From NCBI GenBank assembly GCA_050260175.1, contig JBLNBS010000053.1, forward strand, positions 9,815 through 73,814: a stretch of DNA of 64,000 bases, in the 5' to 3' direction. Below, piece by piece: positions 29,555 to 40,217 of the stretch. Source of the stretch: Patescibacteria group bacterium. Its GTDB lineage: Bacteria > Bacillota > UBA4882 > JAAYXC01. Position 1 is the stretch's first letter. Every line of letters begins with the position of its first letter. The notes under the pieces are model-generated. The model searched no databases. It was not told where the DNA came from and was given only the letters and a program-made list of their open reading frames with translations. The translations under genes and the position numbers were made by a program.

Positions 29555-29918
29555 CTCCTATCCCAGATGTTTCTTTCCAGAGCATAACACAGCTCCCCGC
29601 CCCGGGCAAGGAGGCGCGAGGGGAGGCTTCGTTCCGCCCCGACCCGGCCGGGATAAAGACGGGGAAAATGGAATATGGTGTATCGTTCCACATTCAACAA
29701 CGACGAGGATTTACTCGGTTTTCATCTAGAACGGTACGAATTTGATCGCTGGCAGGCAGGATTATTGCCGGGGCCGGAGAACAAGATAGATGCTTTGATT
29801 GCGCCGCTACACCAGGATCCTGCATGTCCGCGTCATCAGGTGGAACGTTTTGGGACCGGGAAGGCTGCCGATCCCACCGGCATGGAATCCCTGCACCCGA
29901 TGCATCGAGGAAAGAGGT

Positions 29919-30962
29919 ATGAGCGTGGGCCGCATCACCATCCGCGAGATCGCCAAATCCGCCAATGTCTCGCCTTCCACGGTCTCCAACGTGATCAACA
30001 ACAACGAGAGACACGTCAGCCCCAAAACAGCCGAGCGCGTCCGCAGGCTCATCGAGGAGTCCGGCTTTACCCCGGATACCGTCGGGCGGAGCCTGCGGCG
30101 GCGCAGCACGGATTCGATCGGCGTGATCATCCTCAACGTTTCCGCCGGCCAGATCGCGGAACCCTGGATCGCGGTGCTCCTGTCGGGCATCTCCTCGGTG
30201 ATGAGCGCCTGCGGCAAGACCATCGTGGTGGACCTCTGGCAGACTGGAGCCGACGATCGCCAGCGATATCAGCGCATCTTTCATGGGAATCTCTTTGACG
30301 GGGCCATCCTGATTGGACCCAAGCGGAATGAGTGGATCCTTTCCGAGTTGGTCAGGGAGGGTTATCCCTTCGTGGCCATGGAATGGTCCGCGCCCGGTTA
30401 TAGTGTGAACAGCGTCTGCGCCAACGACTTCAACGGAGCATATATGGCCGTTACCCACCTCATCGAACGGGGGCACCGGCGCATAGGCATGATCAACGGC
30501 GACACCGGTTTCTTCTCAGCCGTGGAAAGACTCAACGGCTACAACCGGGCCCTGGCCGATCACGGCTTGGCCGCCCCCCCTGAACTGGCGGTCGTCGGCG
30601 AGTTTTCGGAGAGCGACGGATTCAAGCACGCCGTGGCCTTGATGGCCAAGAGCGATCCCCCGACCGCCATCTTTGCCGGGGATGACCTGCTGGCGATCGG
30701 CGCGATCAACGGCCTGCGCCACGCGGGCCTGGAAATACCGCGCGATGTCTCGGTGGTCGGTTTCGACGATATTCCCATGGCCAGGTACCTGACGCCGCCC
30801 CTGACCACCGTCAGGCTGCCCATGTGGGACATGGGCGTGGCCGCGGCCGAGCAGTTGCAGCGGATCCTCGCGCCGGGCAAGCGCCAGGCCCGGCAGATCA
30901 TCTTCGACGTGGAGTTGCTCGTGCGGGGTTCCACGGCTCAGGCGCCGGCCGGAAAGGCTTGA
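29919..30962 (+). CDS. LacI-family transcriptional regulator
   Basis: HTH ITIREIAKSANVSPSTVSNVIN and a periplasmic-binding-protein-like sugar-binding domain. Start ATG 29919 with RBS. Confidence 0.85.
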   Translation: MSVGRITIREIAKSANVSPSTVSNVINNNERHVSPKTAERVRRLIEESGFTPDTVGRSLRRRSTDSIGVIILNVSAGQIAEPWIAVLLSGISSVMSACGKTIVVDLWQTGADDRQRYQRIFHGNLFDGAILIGPKRNEWILSELVREGYPFVAMEWSAPGYSVNSVCANDFNGAYMAVTHLIERGHRRIGMINGDTGFFSAVERLNGYNRALADHGLAAPPELAVVGEFSESDGFKHAVALMAKSDPPTAIFAGDDLLAIGAINGLRHAGLEIPRDVSVVGFDDIPMARYLTPPLTTVRLPMWDMGVAAAEQLQRILAPGKRQARQIIFDVELLVRGSTAQAPAGKA

Positions 30963-31084
30963 CGATCCGCGCGTGCTGACGGCCATCCTGGCTGCCGCCG
31001 CGACGGGCGTGGCGGCCGGACCCAGTGCCGCGATGGCCGCGAACCGGGTAAAGGCATATATTCTCGCACTCCCGGCTGGGGGGG

Positions 31085-32014
31085 ATGGGCGTGGGCAAGG
31101 CCTTAATGGCTGGCTTGACACCGGCCCGGCGGCGCCGGAGAGGCCTCAATCGCACCGAACTCAGGTGGATCTTGCTCTTCATTGGCCCGACGGCGGCCGG
31201 CCTCATCCTCGGCTCGCTGGGTCCTGTCGTGGCCTCGCTTTGCATTAGTTTTACAAAATGGGATGTGATCGTGCCCGCGATCTACGTCGGCGGCAGGAAC
31301 TACGTCGAGCTGTTTCGCGATCCCCTCTTTACCAGGAGCATGCTCAACACCGTCTATTACACGGCGGTTTCCGTACCCGTGGGCACTTTTGCCTCGCTTC
31401 TCATCGCCCTGGCCATGAACCAAAAGGTCAAGGGCATCCTCGCCTACCGCACCGCTTTCTTCGCTCCCGTGGTCACCTCGGTGACCGCCATCGCCTTGGT
31501 CTGGTCCTGGATCTACAGCCCCGACTTCGGCCTCCTCAATTACGTCCTGGGCTGGTTCGGGGTCAGGGGGCCTGACTGGCTGTCCAGCACCGTCTGGGCC
31601 ATGCCGGCGGTCATCATCACCAGCATTTGGTGGGGCCTGGGCTACGACATGGTGATCTTCCTCGCGGGGCTGCAGGGCATCCCCGACATCTACTACGAGG
31701 CGGCCAAGATAGACGGAGCCGGAGCTTTCAGGCAGTTCACCCACGTGACCCTGCCTCTCATCACGCCCAGCATCTTCTTTGTCCTCGTCATGTCCCTCAT
31801 CGGCTCGCTGCAGGTCTTCGAGCAAACCTACATCATGACCAAGGGCGGCCCCGCCTACGCCACCACCACCATCTTCTACTACCTCTACCTTAACGGCTTC
31901 AAGTACTTTAAGATGGGCTACGCCTCGGCCATGTCCTACATCCTGTTCATCCTCATCTTCGTTTTGACCTGGATCTCCTTCAAGCTGCAGGATCGCTGGG
32001 TCGTCTACCAATGA
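31085..32014 (+). CDS. Sugar ABC transporter permease (MalF/UgpA-like). Start ATG 31085 or 31106.
   Basis: Six TM helices and the EAAKIDGAGAFRQFTHVTLPL EAA loop. Confidence 0.85.
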   Translation: MGVGKALMAGLTPARRRRRGLNRTELRWILLFIGPTAAGLILGSLGPVVASLCISFTKWDVIVPAIYVGGRNYVELFRDPLFTRSMLNTVYYTAVSVPVGTFASLLIALAMNQKVKGILAYRTAFFAPVVTSVTAIALVWSWIYSPDFGLLNYVLGWFGVRGPDWLSSTVWAMPAVIITSIWWGLGYDMVIFLAGLQGIPDIYYEAAKIDGAGAFRQFTHVTLPLITPSIFFVLVMSLIGSLQVFEQTYIMTKGGPAYATTTIFYYLYLNGFKYFKMGYASAMSYILFILIFVLTWISFKLQDRWVVYQ

Positions 32015-32026
32015 GGGGGTGATCCG

Positions 32027-32899
32027 ATGGGGATTCTACCATATGCGGCAGTGTCAAGGCGCGAACGACGCGATCGGGCGCGGCCGGCGCGGATCGTAAT
32101 CACCCATCTCGCCTTGGCCGCCGGGGCTTTCGTCATGATCGTGCCGTTTCTCTGGATGGCCTCCACCTCGCTCAAATCGCCGGACGAGGTCTTCGCCTTC
32201 CCGCCGGTCTGGATTCCGCGCCGGCTCATGTGGAGGAACTTCGCCGAGATGTGGAACGCCCTGCCGTTCGGCTTGTTCTTTTTGAACAGCACGAAACTGG
32301 CCGTGCTCAACACCGCGGGCACGCTCCTTAGTTGCTCCATGGCGGCGTTCGGCTTTTCCGTGCTGCGTTTCCGGGGGCGCAACGCGCTTTTCTTGATCCT
32401 GCTGGCCACCATGATGATCCCCTATCCCGTGGTCATGATCCCCACCTTCATCCTCTTCAAGTACATGCGCATGATCGACACGCATTACCCGCTCTGGCTC
32501 TTCAGCTTCCTCGGCGGCGCCTACGGGACCTTTCTCCTGCGGCAGTTCTTTCTCACCATCCCTCACGAACTTGTGGAAAGCGCCCGCATCGACGGGGCAA
32601 ACCCATGGCAGATCTACGCCCGTATCTTCCTGCCCTTGTCAGGACCCGCCCTGGCCACCCTGGGTATCTTCACCTTCATGAGCAGCTGGAACAACCTGCT
32701 CGGCCCCCTGATCTACCTGAACACCCTGGAAAAACTCACGCTCACCACGGGTCTGAGTTTCTTCCAATTCCAGTATACCGGGCGCTGGACGCTGATGATG
32801 GCCGGCGCCATGGTGAGCATCGTCCCGATCCTGGCGGTTTATGTCTTTGCCCAGCGTTACTTCATCAAGGGGATTGCCCTGACCGGCATCAAGGCATAA
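32027..32899 (+). CDS. Sugar ABC transporter permease (MalG/UgpE-like)
   Basis: EAA motif ESARIDGANPWQIYARIFLPL. RBS GAGGGGGTGA. Confidence 0.85.
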   Translation: MGILPYAAVSRRERRDRARPARIVITHLALAAGAFVMIVPFLWMASTSLKSPDEVFAFPPVWIPRRLMWRNFAEMWNALPFGLFFLNSTKLAVLNTAGTLLSCSMAAFGFSVLRFRGRNALFLILLATMMIPYPVVMIPTFILFKYMRMIDTHYPLWLFSFLGGAYGTFLLRQFFLTIPHELVESARIDGANPWQIYARIFLPLSGPALATLGIFTFMSSWNNLLGPLIYLNTLEKLTLTTGLSFFQFQYTGRWTLMMAGAMVSIVPILAVYVFAQRYFIKGIALTGIKA

Positions 32900-32985
32900 G
32901 CCGGACGGCTTTTTGGGGGGAGGTGGTTCGCCTCGCCGCTTTGGCCTGCGAATCCTGAACGAAAAACTTCAAAGGGGGTAGGAAC

Positions 32986-34239
32986 GTGAAGCGGTACCTG
33001 ATTCCAGGTTTGCTACTCCTGGCCCTGGCCGTCAGCGCCGTCTCGGTCCTGGGCGCCAAGGCCAACCTGAATTTCATGATGTGGGGCAGCCCGGATGAAC
33101 TCAAAGTCTACAAGCAGATCGTCGCCTCCTTCGAAAAGGCAAACAAGGACGTAAAGGTCAAGGTGACGGTGGTGGACTGGGATACCTACTGGAGCAAGCT
33201 CCAGGCCCAACTGGCCGGGGGCAATCCGCCGGATGTCTTCGCCATGGATGCGCCGCTCTACCCCGACTATTACTCCCGCGGCGTCCTGCTCAATCTTTCC
33301 CCGTTCATCGACAAGGAAAAGGGATTCCTGAGCGACTTCTATCCCGTCACGCTTTTGGCGTACAAGAAACCCGACGGGTATTTCGGCCTGCCCCGCGACT
33401 TCCAGACCATCGTCCTCTATTACAATAAGGATCGCTTCAAGGCGGCCGGGCTCAAGGAACCCGACGGGACCTGGACCTGGGAGACCTTCCGGCAGGCCTT
33501 GAAGAAACTCACCGTCGACGCCAACAAGGACGGCAAGCCGGAAAAATGGGGTGCCTGGCTGGACACCAGCGACATGGAGCTCATCTGGTCCTCGCTCGTC
33601 TGGCAAAACGGCGGTGAGATCCTCAACAAGGACTATACCAAATGCCTGCTTGACCAGGCTCCGGCCGTTGAGGCGCTGCAGTTCCTGGCGGATCTGATCT
33701 GGAAGGACAGGGTCATACCGGACGCCGGCCGCGTCTCCCAGTACGGCGACTCTTTCAAATCCGGCATCTCGGCCATGACCACCACGGGGCACTGGATGGT
33801 GCCGGAATACTCGCAGATCACGTCCTTTGCGTGGGACGTGGCGCCCCTGCCCAAGGGCAAGAACCGCGCCACGTCCGTCAACTGCGCGGGGCTCGTCATC
33901 GCCAAGGCCAGCAAGATCAAGGACGCATCCTGGCGATTCGTCAAGTACGTCTGCGGACCCGTGGGCCAGACCGAACTGACCAAGCTCGGTTTCGCCTGTC
34001 CGGTCCTGAAAAAGATCGCCAATAGCGACGTCTACCTAAAGCAGGCGACTCCGATCGCGCACGAGATCTTTATCGACGCTCTCCGATACGCCCACATCAA
34101 ACCCAGTTTCGAGGGTTTCGACCAGTTCAACACGACCCTCAATCAGGGCCTGGATCTGATCTGGTTGAACAAGAAGACGGCCCAGGCCGAGCTTGCGGTC
34201 CTCGTCCCCGAACTGAACAAGCTGCTCGCGGGCAAATAA
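32986..34239 (+). CDS. Extracellular solute-binding protein (family 1, sugar). Cleavable signal peptide without a lipobox cysteine.
   Basis: GTG start with AAGGGGGTAGG. MKRYLIPGLLLLALAVSAVSVLGAKA. Confidence 0.85.
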   Translation: MKRYLIPGLLLLALAVSAVSVLGAKANLNFMMWGSPDELKVYKQIVASFEKANKDVKVKVTVVDWDTYWSKLQAQLAGGNPPDVFAMDAPLYPDYYSRGVLLNLSPFIDKEKGFLSDFYPVTLLAYKKPDGYFGLPRDFQTIVLYYNKDRFKAAGLKEPDGTWTWETFRQALKKLTVDANKDGKPEKWGAWLDTSDMELIWSSLVWQNGGEILNKDYTKCLLDQAPAVEALQFLADLIWKDRVIPDAGRVSQYGDSFKSGISAMTTTGHWMVPEYSQITSFAWDVAPLPKGKNRATSVNCAGLVIAKASKIKDASWRFVKYVCGPVGQTELTKLGFACPVLKKIANSDVYLKQATPIAHEIFIDALRYAHIKPSFEGFDQFNTTLNQGLDLIWLNKKTAQAELAVLVPELNKLLAGK

Positions 34240-34329
34240 CCCGGTCTTTCGCCGGCGGAACCGCGGCGTTCGGCCGCGGTTCCGCTCTCTCATAACACGG
34301 GTGCCCGCGGCTCAAGGGAGGATTGGCTG

Positions 34330-35658
34330 ATGGCAAGGATCGTTTTCATCGGCGCCGGCAGCCTCGGCTTTACCAGAGGTTTGGTGCGCGATATCCTGAC
34401 CTTTCCCCTCCTGCGTGACTCCACGCTGATCCTGATGGACATCGACGCCGAACGGCTGGAGTTCGCCAGGAAGGCCGTGGAGCGCATCGTGGACATGGGA
34501 GGTTACCCGGCGAAAGTGGCGGCCACCATGGACCGGACGGAAGCCCTGCGGGGAGCGGACGCGGTCCTGTGCACGATTCTTGCGGGCGGAATCGGCGTCT
34601 GGCGCCACGACATCGAGATCCCCAAGCGCTACGGCGTGGACATCAATGTCGGCGACACCAGGGGCCCCTCGGGTATCTTCCGCGCCCTGCGCACCATCCC
34701 GGTCATGCTCGACATCTGCCGCGACATGGAGCGCCATTGCCCCGAGGCCTTCCTCCTCAACTACACCAACCCCATGGCCATGATCTGCCGGGCCATACAG
34801 AGGGAAACCTCCGTACGCGTGACCGGCCTCTGCCACAGTGTCCAGGGGACCGCCGAAATGCTGGCCGGCTGGATCGGAGCGCCCATGGAGGAGATCACCT
34901 ATACCTGCGCGGGCATCAATCATCAGGCCTGGTATCTTAGGTACGAATGGCAGGGGAAAGACGCTTATCCCTTGATCCGCAAGGCCGTCATGGAAAACCA
35001 GGATATATACAGGCAGGAGATCGTGCGCAATGAAATGTTCCTGCACCTCGACTACTATGTGACCGAGTCCAGCGGGCATAACTCCGAGTATAACCCCTGG
35101 TTCCGCAAGCGGCCCGATCTGATCGAAAAATACTGCACCCGCGGCACCGGTTGGAATCCCGGCGCATACGCCCACATCCTTAAGGAATATGAAAAAACCG
35201 AGCATACCTGGCGTGACGAGGCGAAGGAATGGTTCGCCGGGGAAGCCGCGCTCCCGCTCGCGCGCGGGCGCGAATACGCGGCATACATCATCAACGCCCT
35301 GCAGGGTGGAGAACCTTATGAATTCAACGGCAACGTCCCCAATGACGGCCTCATCACTAATCTGCCGCGGGACGCCTGCGTGGAGGTGCCGGTCTTTGCC
35401 AACCGCAAGGGCTTCAACGCAGTGCATGTCGGTGCTCTGCCGCCGCAATGCGCCGCTCTGACCAGCCTCAACGCATCCATCGAGGAGATGGCCGTGGAGG
35501 CGGCCATAGCCGGCAATCCGCGCCTCGTTTTCCAGGCAATCGCCAATGACCCGCTCACAGCCGCCGTTCTCAGCTTGGCCGAGATCAAGGAGATGGTCCA
35601 GACCATGCTGGACCAGAATCGCGACCACCTCCCGCAGTTCAAACACCTGAAAATTTAG
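34330..35658 (+). CDS. Glycoside hydrolase family 4 (NAD+/Mn2+-dependent alpha-glucosidase or alpha-galactosidase)
   Basis: [14 protein letters not shown] Rossmann N-terminus and the GH4 core (CHSVQG, NHQAW). Confidence 0.9.
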   Translation: MARIVFIGAGSLGFTRGLVRDILTFPLLRDSTLILMDIDAERLEFARKAVERIVDMGGYPAKVAATMDRTEALRGADAVLCTILAGGIGVWRHDIEIPKRYGVDINVGDTRGPSGIFRALRTIPVMLDICRDMERHCPEAFLLNYTNPMAMICRAIQRETSVRVTGLCHSVQGTAEMLAGWIGAPMEEITYTCAGINHQAWYLRYEWQGKDAYPLIRKAVMENQDIYRQEIVRNEMFLHLDYYVTESSGHNSEYNPWFRKRPDLIEKYCTRGTGWNPGAYAHILKEYEKTEHTWRDEAKEWFAGEAALPLARGREYAAYIINALQGGEPYEFNGNVPNDGLITNLPRDACVEVPVFANRKGFNAVHVGALPPQCAALTSLNASIEEMAVEAAIAGNPRLVFQAIANDPLTAAVLSLAEIKEMVQTMLDQNRDHLPQFKHLKI

Positions 35659-36009
35659 TGTCATCACCTGGATCTTTGTAGTTTTTCTGTCGCGGGTTAC
35701 AGTTTTTAGCATACTGATCTTATTAGTATCAACAAAATTTGTGATCGAAGCAGGATTTTGGGCACCGGTGGTCAAACGTTTTACCAAACAGCCGAACATC
35801 ACCTTGAGTCGCGGAAGTGCCCTTGTCCGTTATTTAGCCGCCGTGCAAGCCGGCGCCAAGGGCATGGCTAACTGCAGACAAGACGTTCACTTTCAAAATC
35901 CCTGTTCAAGCAGGGGGGTGATCGAGGCCGCTTGCGGAGACGGCGGCGGGGATCCTAGGGGATCCTATCTGCCCGGTGTGATTGTCCGGCAATAATGAAA
36001 GGGGAGACA

Positions 36010-37482
36010 ATGATGCGACTGACGATCTGGAGGGTAATCCCGGTAATCATGGCATTTGCGTTGATCTTCGGCGCCATGGCGACGATCCACGCCGCGGGGG
36101 TCTATTATGTCTCCACCACCGGCAATGACGGCAATCCGGGAACCCAAGCCCAGCCCTGGCGGACGATTCAGAAGGCCTGCAATACGCTGCAGCCGGGCGA
36201 CACCGTCTACATCATGGCGGGCACATATAACGAGAAAGTGGCGGTCAACGTCTCGGGCTCGGCCGCCGGCGGCTACATCACCATCCAGAACTACGGTACC
36301 GACCGGGTCGTCGTCAGCGGCGCGGGCCTGGCGGGGGACGACATCTTTTACATCAAGGACAAGAACTACCTTAAGGTCATCGGCCTCGAGGTCTGCGACA
36401 ACAACTACGGTTCTTTCCCCAAGGCCTTCTTCGTCACGGGTTTTGGGAGCTACATCGAGATCCGCGGCTGCAAGATCCACGACATCCGCTCCAGCCAGGA
36501 CGCTCACGGCATCGCCGTATACGGCACCAGCGCCGCTGCCTCGATTAACCACGTCATCATCGACGGCAACGAGATTTACAACTGTGAGCTCGGCACGAGC
36601 GAAGGGCTGGTGTTGAACGGCAACGTGGAGTTCTTCGAGGTCACGAACAACAACGTCCACGACGTGAACAACATCGGCATCGACTTCATCGGCGGCGAGG
36701 GCAAATGCCCCGACAAATCGCTGGACATTGCCAGGAACGGCCTCTGCAGCGGCAACACGGTTTGCCGGGCCCGGTCGAGCTACGGCGGGGGATGGGCCGG
36801 CGGCATCTACGTCGACGGCGGGTGCTACATCACCCTGGAGAGGAATATCAGCCATGAGAACGACCTCGGTCTCGAGGTGGGCTGCGAGAACAAGGGTTTT
36901 GTGACCACGGGGGTCATCGTCCGCGACAACCTCATCTATAACAACGACAAGGTGGGGCTCATCTTCGGCGGCTACAGCGGCAGCGTGGGCAAGGTCCGCA
37001 ACTGCCTCTTCCTGAACAACACCTGCTACAAGAATGACACCATGAACCAGGGCTACGGCGAACTCTCCGTCCAGGTCGCGGACAACTGCACGGTCAAAAA
37101 CAACATCTTTTATGCAACCGGCCAGAACGTCCTGTTGAGCTGCTTTTTCTCCTCGCGCCTCGTCTTTGCCAACACGATCGACTACAACACCTGGTATTGC
37201 GAGGCCGGAGTCACCGCGGCCAGGTTCACCTGGCTCAAGAAGACCTATACCGGCTTTGCGGCTTACAAGTCGGGCACGGGCAACGACGCAAACTCCGTCT
37301 TCGGCAACCCGCTCTTCGTGAACGGCGCCATGCCCGCACCCGACCTCCACATCCAGGCGGGCTCGGCCGCCATCAACGCCGGCGATCCATCCTTCATCCC
37401 CGGGACCGGCGAGACGGATATCGACGGCCAGGCGCGCGTGCTCGGCGGGCGCGTGGACTGCGGCGCGGACGAATGCCAGTAA
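36010..37482 (+). CDS. Secreted right-handed parallel beta-helix (pectin-lyase-fold) protein
   Basis: RBS AAAGGGGAG. Signal peptide. Repeated GxxNxxIxxN beta-helix rungs. GC is about 58%, against a flank of about 68%. Confidence 0.75.
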   Translation: MMRLTIWRVIPVIMAFALIFGAMATIHAAGVYYVSTTGNDGNPGTQAQPWRTIQKACNTLQPGDTVYIMAGTYNEKVAVNVSGSAAGGYITIQNYGTDRVVVSGAGLAGDDIFYIKDKNYLKVIGLEVCDNNYGSFPKAFFVTGFGSYIEIRGCKIHDIRSSQDAHGIAVYGTSAAASINHVIIDGNEIYNCELGTSEGLVLNGNVEFFEVTNNNVHDVNNIGIDFIGGEGKCPDKSLDIARNGLCSGNTVCRARSSYGGGWAGGIYVDGGCYITLERNISHENDLGLEVGCENKGFVTTGVIVRDNLIYNNDKVGLIFGGYSGSVGKVRNCLFLNNTCYKNDTMNQGYGELSVQVADNCTVKNNIFYATGQNVLLSCFFSSRLVFANTIDYNTWYCEAGVTAARFTWLKKTYTGFAAYKSGTGNDANSVFGNPLFVNGAMPAPDLHIQAGSAAINAGDPSFIPGTGETDIDGQARVLGGRVDCGADECQ

Positions 37483-37505
37483 GCTCCCACCCCTCCCCCA
37501 TCCCA

Positions 37506-37535
37506 CCCCCTCCTCGATTGGGAGGGGGTTTTTTT
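37506..37535 (+). terminator. Rho-independent terminator: CCCCCTCC, loop TCGATTG, GGAGGGGG, then seven T residues
   Basis: Lies 24 nt after the stop codon of the beta-helix gene. Confidence 0.75.
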
Positions 37536-37708
37536 ATGGGGGTATGGCTTTGCCGCATCGGGGCTTGTATCGCGCCTCCGGGATGGGCAATCGCACGACC
37601 GCTTCCAGAGGCGGATAAGGAACCGCGAAGCGCGGTTGAAGCCAGCAGGAAAACCTCTGGTTTGACAGAAAGCTATCGCAAGCGGAGGTTGCAAAGGAGG
37701 CTGCATAA

Positions 37709-38266
37709 ATGCCCATCCTCGTCCTGATCCTCGTCCTCGTCACCGTTGCCGTGCTCTGGTACATCGCGACCTACAACCGGCTCGTCCGGTCCAAGACCAT
37801 GCTCACCGAGGCCTGGAGCGGCATCGACGTGCAGCTCAAGCGCAGGCACGATCTCATCCCGAACCTGGTCGAGACCGTCAAGGGGTACAGCCGTCACGAA
37901 CAAAAGGTCTTTACGGACATCAGCGAACTGCGTAGCCGCTCCATCGCCGCGGGTGATGTCAAGGAACGGACGGCGGCGGAAACCGCCCTCACGGCGGGCC
38001 TGCGCACCCTGTTCGCCGTGGCCGAGGCCTATCCCGAGCTCAAGGCCAACACGAACTTCCTCGACCTCCAACAGCAGCTCGCGGGCATCGAGTCCGAGTT
38101 GCAGCTGGCCCGGCGCTACTACAACGGCACGGCGCGCGATTTCAACGTTCTGGTGGAATCTTTCCCGAGCCGCGTGGTGGCGGCCCAGAACGGCTTCCGC
38201 GCCGCTGACTTCTTCGAGCTGGAGTCCGCGACCGAGCGCGAGACGCCGGCCGTAAAGTTTGAATGA
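37709..38266 (+). CDS. LemA-family protein
   Basis: N-terminal TM helix and the LemA core (YNRLV...EAWSGIDVQLKRRHDLIPNLV). RBS AAAGGAGG. Confidence 0.9.
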   Translation: MPILVLILVLVTVAVLWYIATYNRLVRSKTMLTEAWSGIDVQLKRRHDLIPNLVETVKGYSRHEQKVFTDISELRSRSIAAGDVKERTAAETALTAGLRTLFAVAEAYPELKANTNFLDLQQQLAGIESELQLARRYYNGTARDFNVLVESFPSRVVAAQNGFRAADFFELESATERETPAVKFE

Positions 38267-38324
38267 CGGCGATGAGAGGGTATGTCGCGAAAGGCGGCGT
38301 ATACGTTCCACTTCTAGACTAGAA

Positions 38325-38385
38325 GGGGCGAGACGTCCGGACTACGCAGCCGCGGCTGCCACGGCGGAGCAAGCTGCCTCGCCCC
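38325..38385 (+). other. Long GC hairpin between the LemA and DUF2207 genes (GGGGCGAG ... GCAGCCGCGGCTGC ... CTCGCCCC)
   Basis: Nested perfect inverted repeats. Possible attenuator or processing site within the operon. Confidence 0.35.
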
Positions 38386-38459
38386 TGTAAAGGAACGGGC
38401 GCCTACATTTCTTTTCGTGGGGTTGTGGATCATGTCGACAATGAAGGCGGTGATCCTCC

Positions 38460-40187
38460 TTGAAAAAACCGCTCCTCTTCCCCGTCCTGCTCCTTCCCCT
38501 GCTCCTCGCCCTCGCCCCGCCCGCCGGCGCGGACGGCGGCGAGCGCATCCTGTCCTATCATAGCGAGATCGCGATCCAAAAGGACGCCTCCATGATCGTG
38601 CGCGAGACCATCCGGGTCCAGAGCGAGGGCATCGAGATCCGACGCGGCATCTACCGGGATTTCCCCACCCGCTACCGCGACCGGATGGGAAACCGTTACA
38701 TCGTGGACTTTCAGATGGTAGAGGCCCTGCGCGACGGCCAGCCCGAGCATTACCGCGTCACGGACCACGCGAACGGCAAGCGCGTCTATATCGGCCGGGA
38801 GGAGGTCATCCTGCCGCCGGGCCGGTACACCTACACCCTGACCTATCGCACAGACCGCCAGCTCGGTTTTTTTGACGATCACGACGAATTGTACTGGAAT
38901 GCCGTCGGTAACGGCTGGAGCTTTCCCATCGACGCGGCCACGGCCGTGGTGAGCGTGCCCGGGGCCACCCTGGACGACCTCATCTCGGCCTATGGCTACA
39001 CCGGGCCGCAGGGCTCGACCGTGCAAGACGTGCACTGCGCGCTCGAGGAGGGCGGCCGCGCCTCATACACCGCCACGACGTTCCTCGCGCCGTACGAGGG
39101 CCTGACCATCGTCCTCTCCTGGCGCAAGGGCCTCATCGCGCCGCCCGGCAACGCACGCAAGCTAGGCTGGCTGCTCAGGGACAATTTTGGCCTCGTCGTC
39201 GCCATCCTGGGCCTCGCGGGCATCCTGTTCTTTTACCTCGCGGCCTGGCGCAAGGTCGGGCGCGATCCGGCGCGCGGCACGATCATCCCCCGTTTCGCGC
39301 CGCCCGAGGGCTTCTCGCCCGCGTCCGTACGCTACGTCGCCAGGATGGGTTACGACCAAAAGATCATGGCCGCCACCATCATCAACATGGCCGTCAAGGG
39401 CTGCGCCACTATCCGCGAGGAGGACAAGGTCTTCACCGTCACCAGGGTGCCGGGCCGGGAGGACGCGCTCACCCCGGCCGAGGCCAAGGTGGCGGCGAGG
39501 CTCTTCCGGGACGGCGACGCCTTCAGCTTTACCCAGGCGAACCACGCGGCCGTGGCCGACGTCATCAACCAGCTCCGGAGCTACCTCAAGGCCAAGTTCC
39601 AAAAGACCCTCTTCAATACGAACAGCGGGTATTTCGGCCTGGGGATCCTGGCCTCGGCCCTCCTCTTCGTCTTCGGCCTCATGAGCATGTCCGCGGGCAC
39701 GCTGGCCGCCCCGTTCCTCTTCCTGGAGGCGGCCCTCCTCGCCGCCGTGAACATCGTTTTTTACCGCCTGCTCAAGGCGCCCACCCGGGCAGGGCGCCGG
39801 GTGATGGACGAGATCGAGGGCTTCAAAATGTATCTCTCCGTGGCGGAAAAGGACCGCCTGAACCTCCTGAATCCCCCCGAGGAGACGCCGGCGCTTTTCG
39901 AAAAATACCTCCCGTACGCGCTGGCCCTCGACGTGGAGCAGCGCTGGGCCGAACGCTTTGCCGGCGTGCTGGCCCGCTCCGCGGCCGGCGGGCGCGAATA
40001 CCAACCCGCGTGGTACTACGGCACCCGTTGGCACAGCGCGCGTCCCGGCGAGTTCGCCTCGTCCGTCGGCGGATCATTTGCCGGCGCCATCTCCGCCTCG
40101 TCGACACCGCCGGGCTCGTCGTCGGGCGGTGGAGGGGGCGGGTTTTCCGGCGGAGGAGGAGGCGGCGGGGGCGGCGGCGGATGGTAA
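38460..40187 (+). CDS. DUF2207 membrane protein (usual partner of LemA) with a Gly-rich C-terminal tail
   Basis: Signal peptide, large extracellular domain, TM helices. Tail [26 protein letters not shown] start with GGCGGTGA 6 nt upstream. Confidence 0.8.
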   Translation: MKKPLLFPVLLLPLLLALAPPAGADGGERILSYHSEIAIQKDASMIVRETIRVQSEGIEIRRGIYRDFPTRYRDRMGNRYIVDFQMVEALRDGQPEHYRVTDHANGKRVYIGREEVILPPGRYTYTLTYRTDRQLGFFDDHDELYWNAVGNGWSFPIDAATAVVSVPGATLDDLISAYGYTGPQGSTVQDVHCALEEGGRASYTATTFLAPYEGLTIVLSWRKGLIAPPGNARKLGWLLRDNFGLVVAILGLAGILFFYLAAWRKVGRDPARGTIIPRFAPPEGFSPASVRYVARMGYDQKIMAATIINMAVKGCATIREEDKVFTVTRVPGREDALTPAEAKVAARLFRDGDAFSFTQANHAAVADVINQLRSYLKAKFQKTLFNTNSGYFGLGILASALLFVFGLMSMSAGTLAAPFLFLEAALLAAVNIVFYRLLKAPTRAGRRVMDEIEGFKMYLSVAEKDRLNLLNPPEETPALFEKYLPYALALDVEQRWAERFAGVLARSAAGGREYQPAWYYGTRWHSARPGEFASSVGGSFAGAISASSTPPGSSSGGGGGGFSGGGGGGGGGGGW

Positions 40188-40217
40188 AGACTAAGGGCGA
40201 ATCGATGGGGTGATCCC

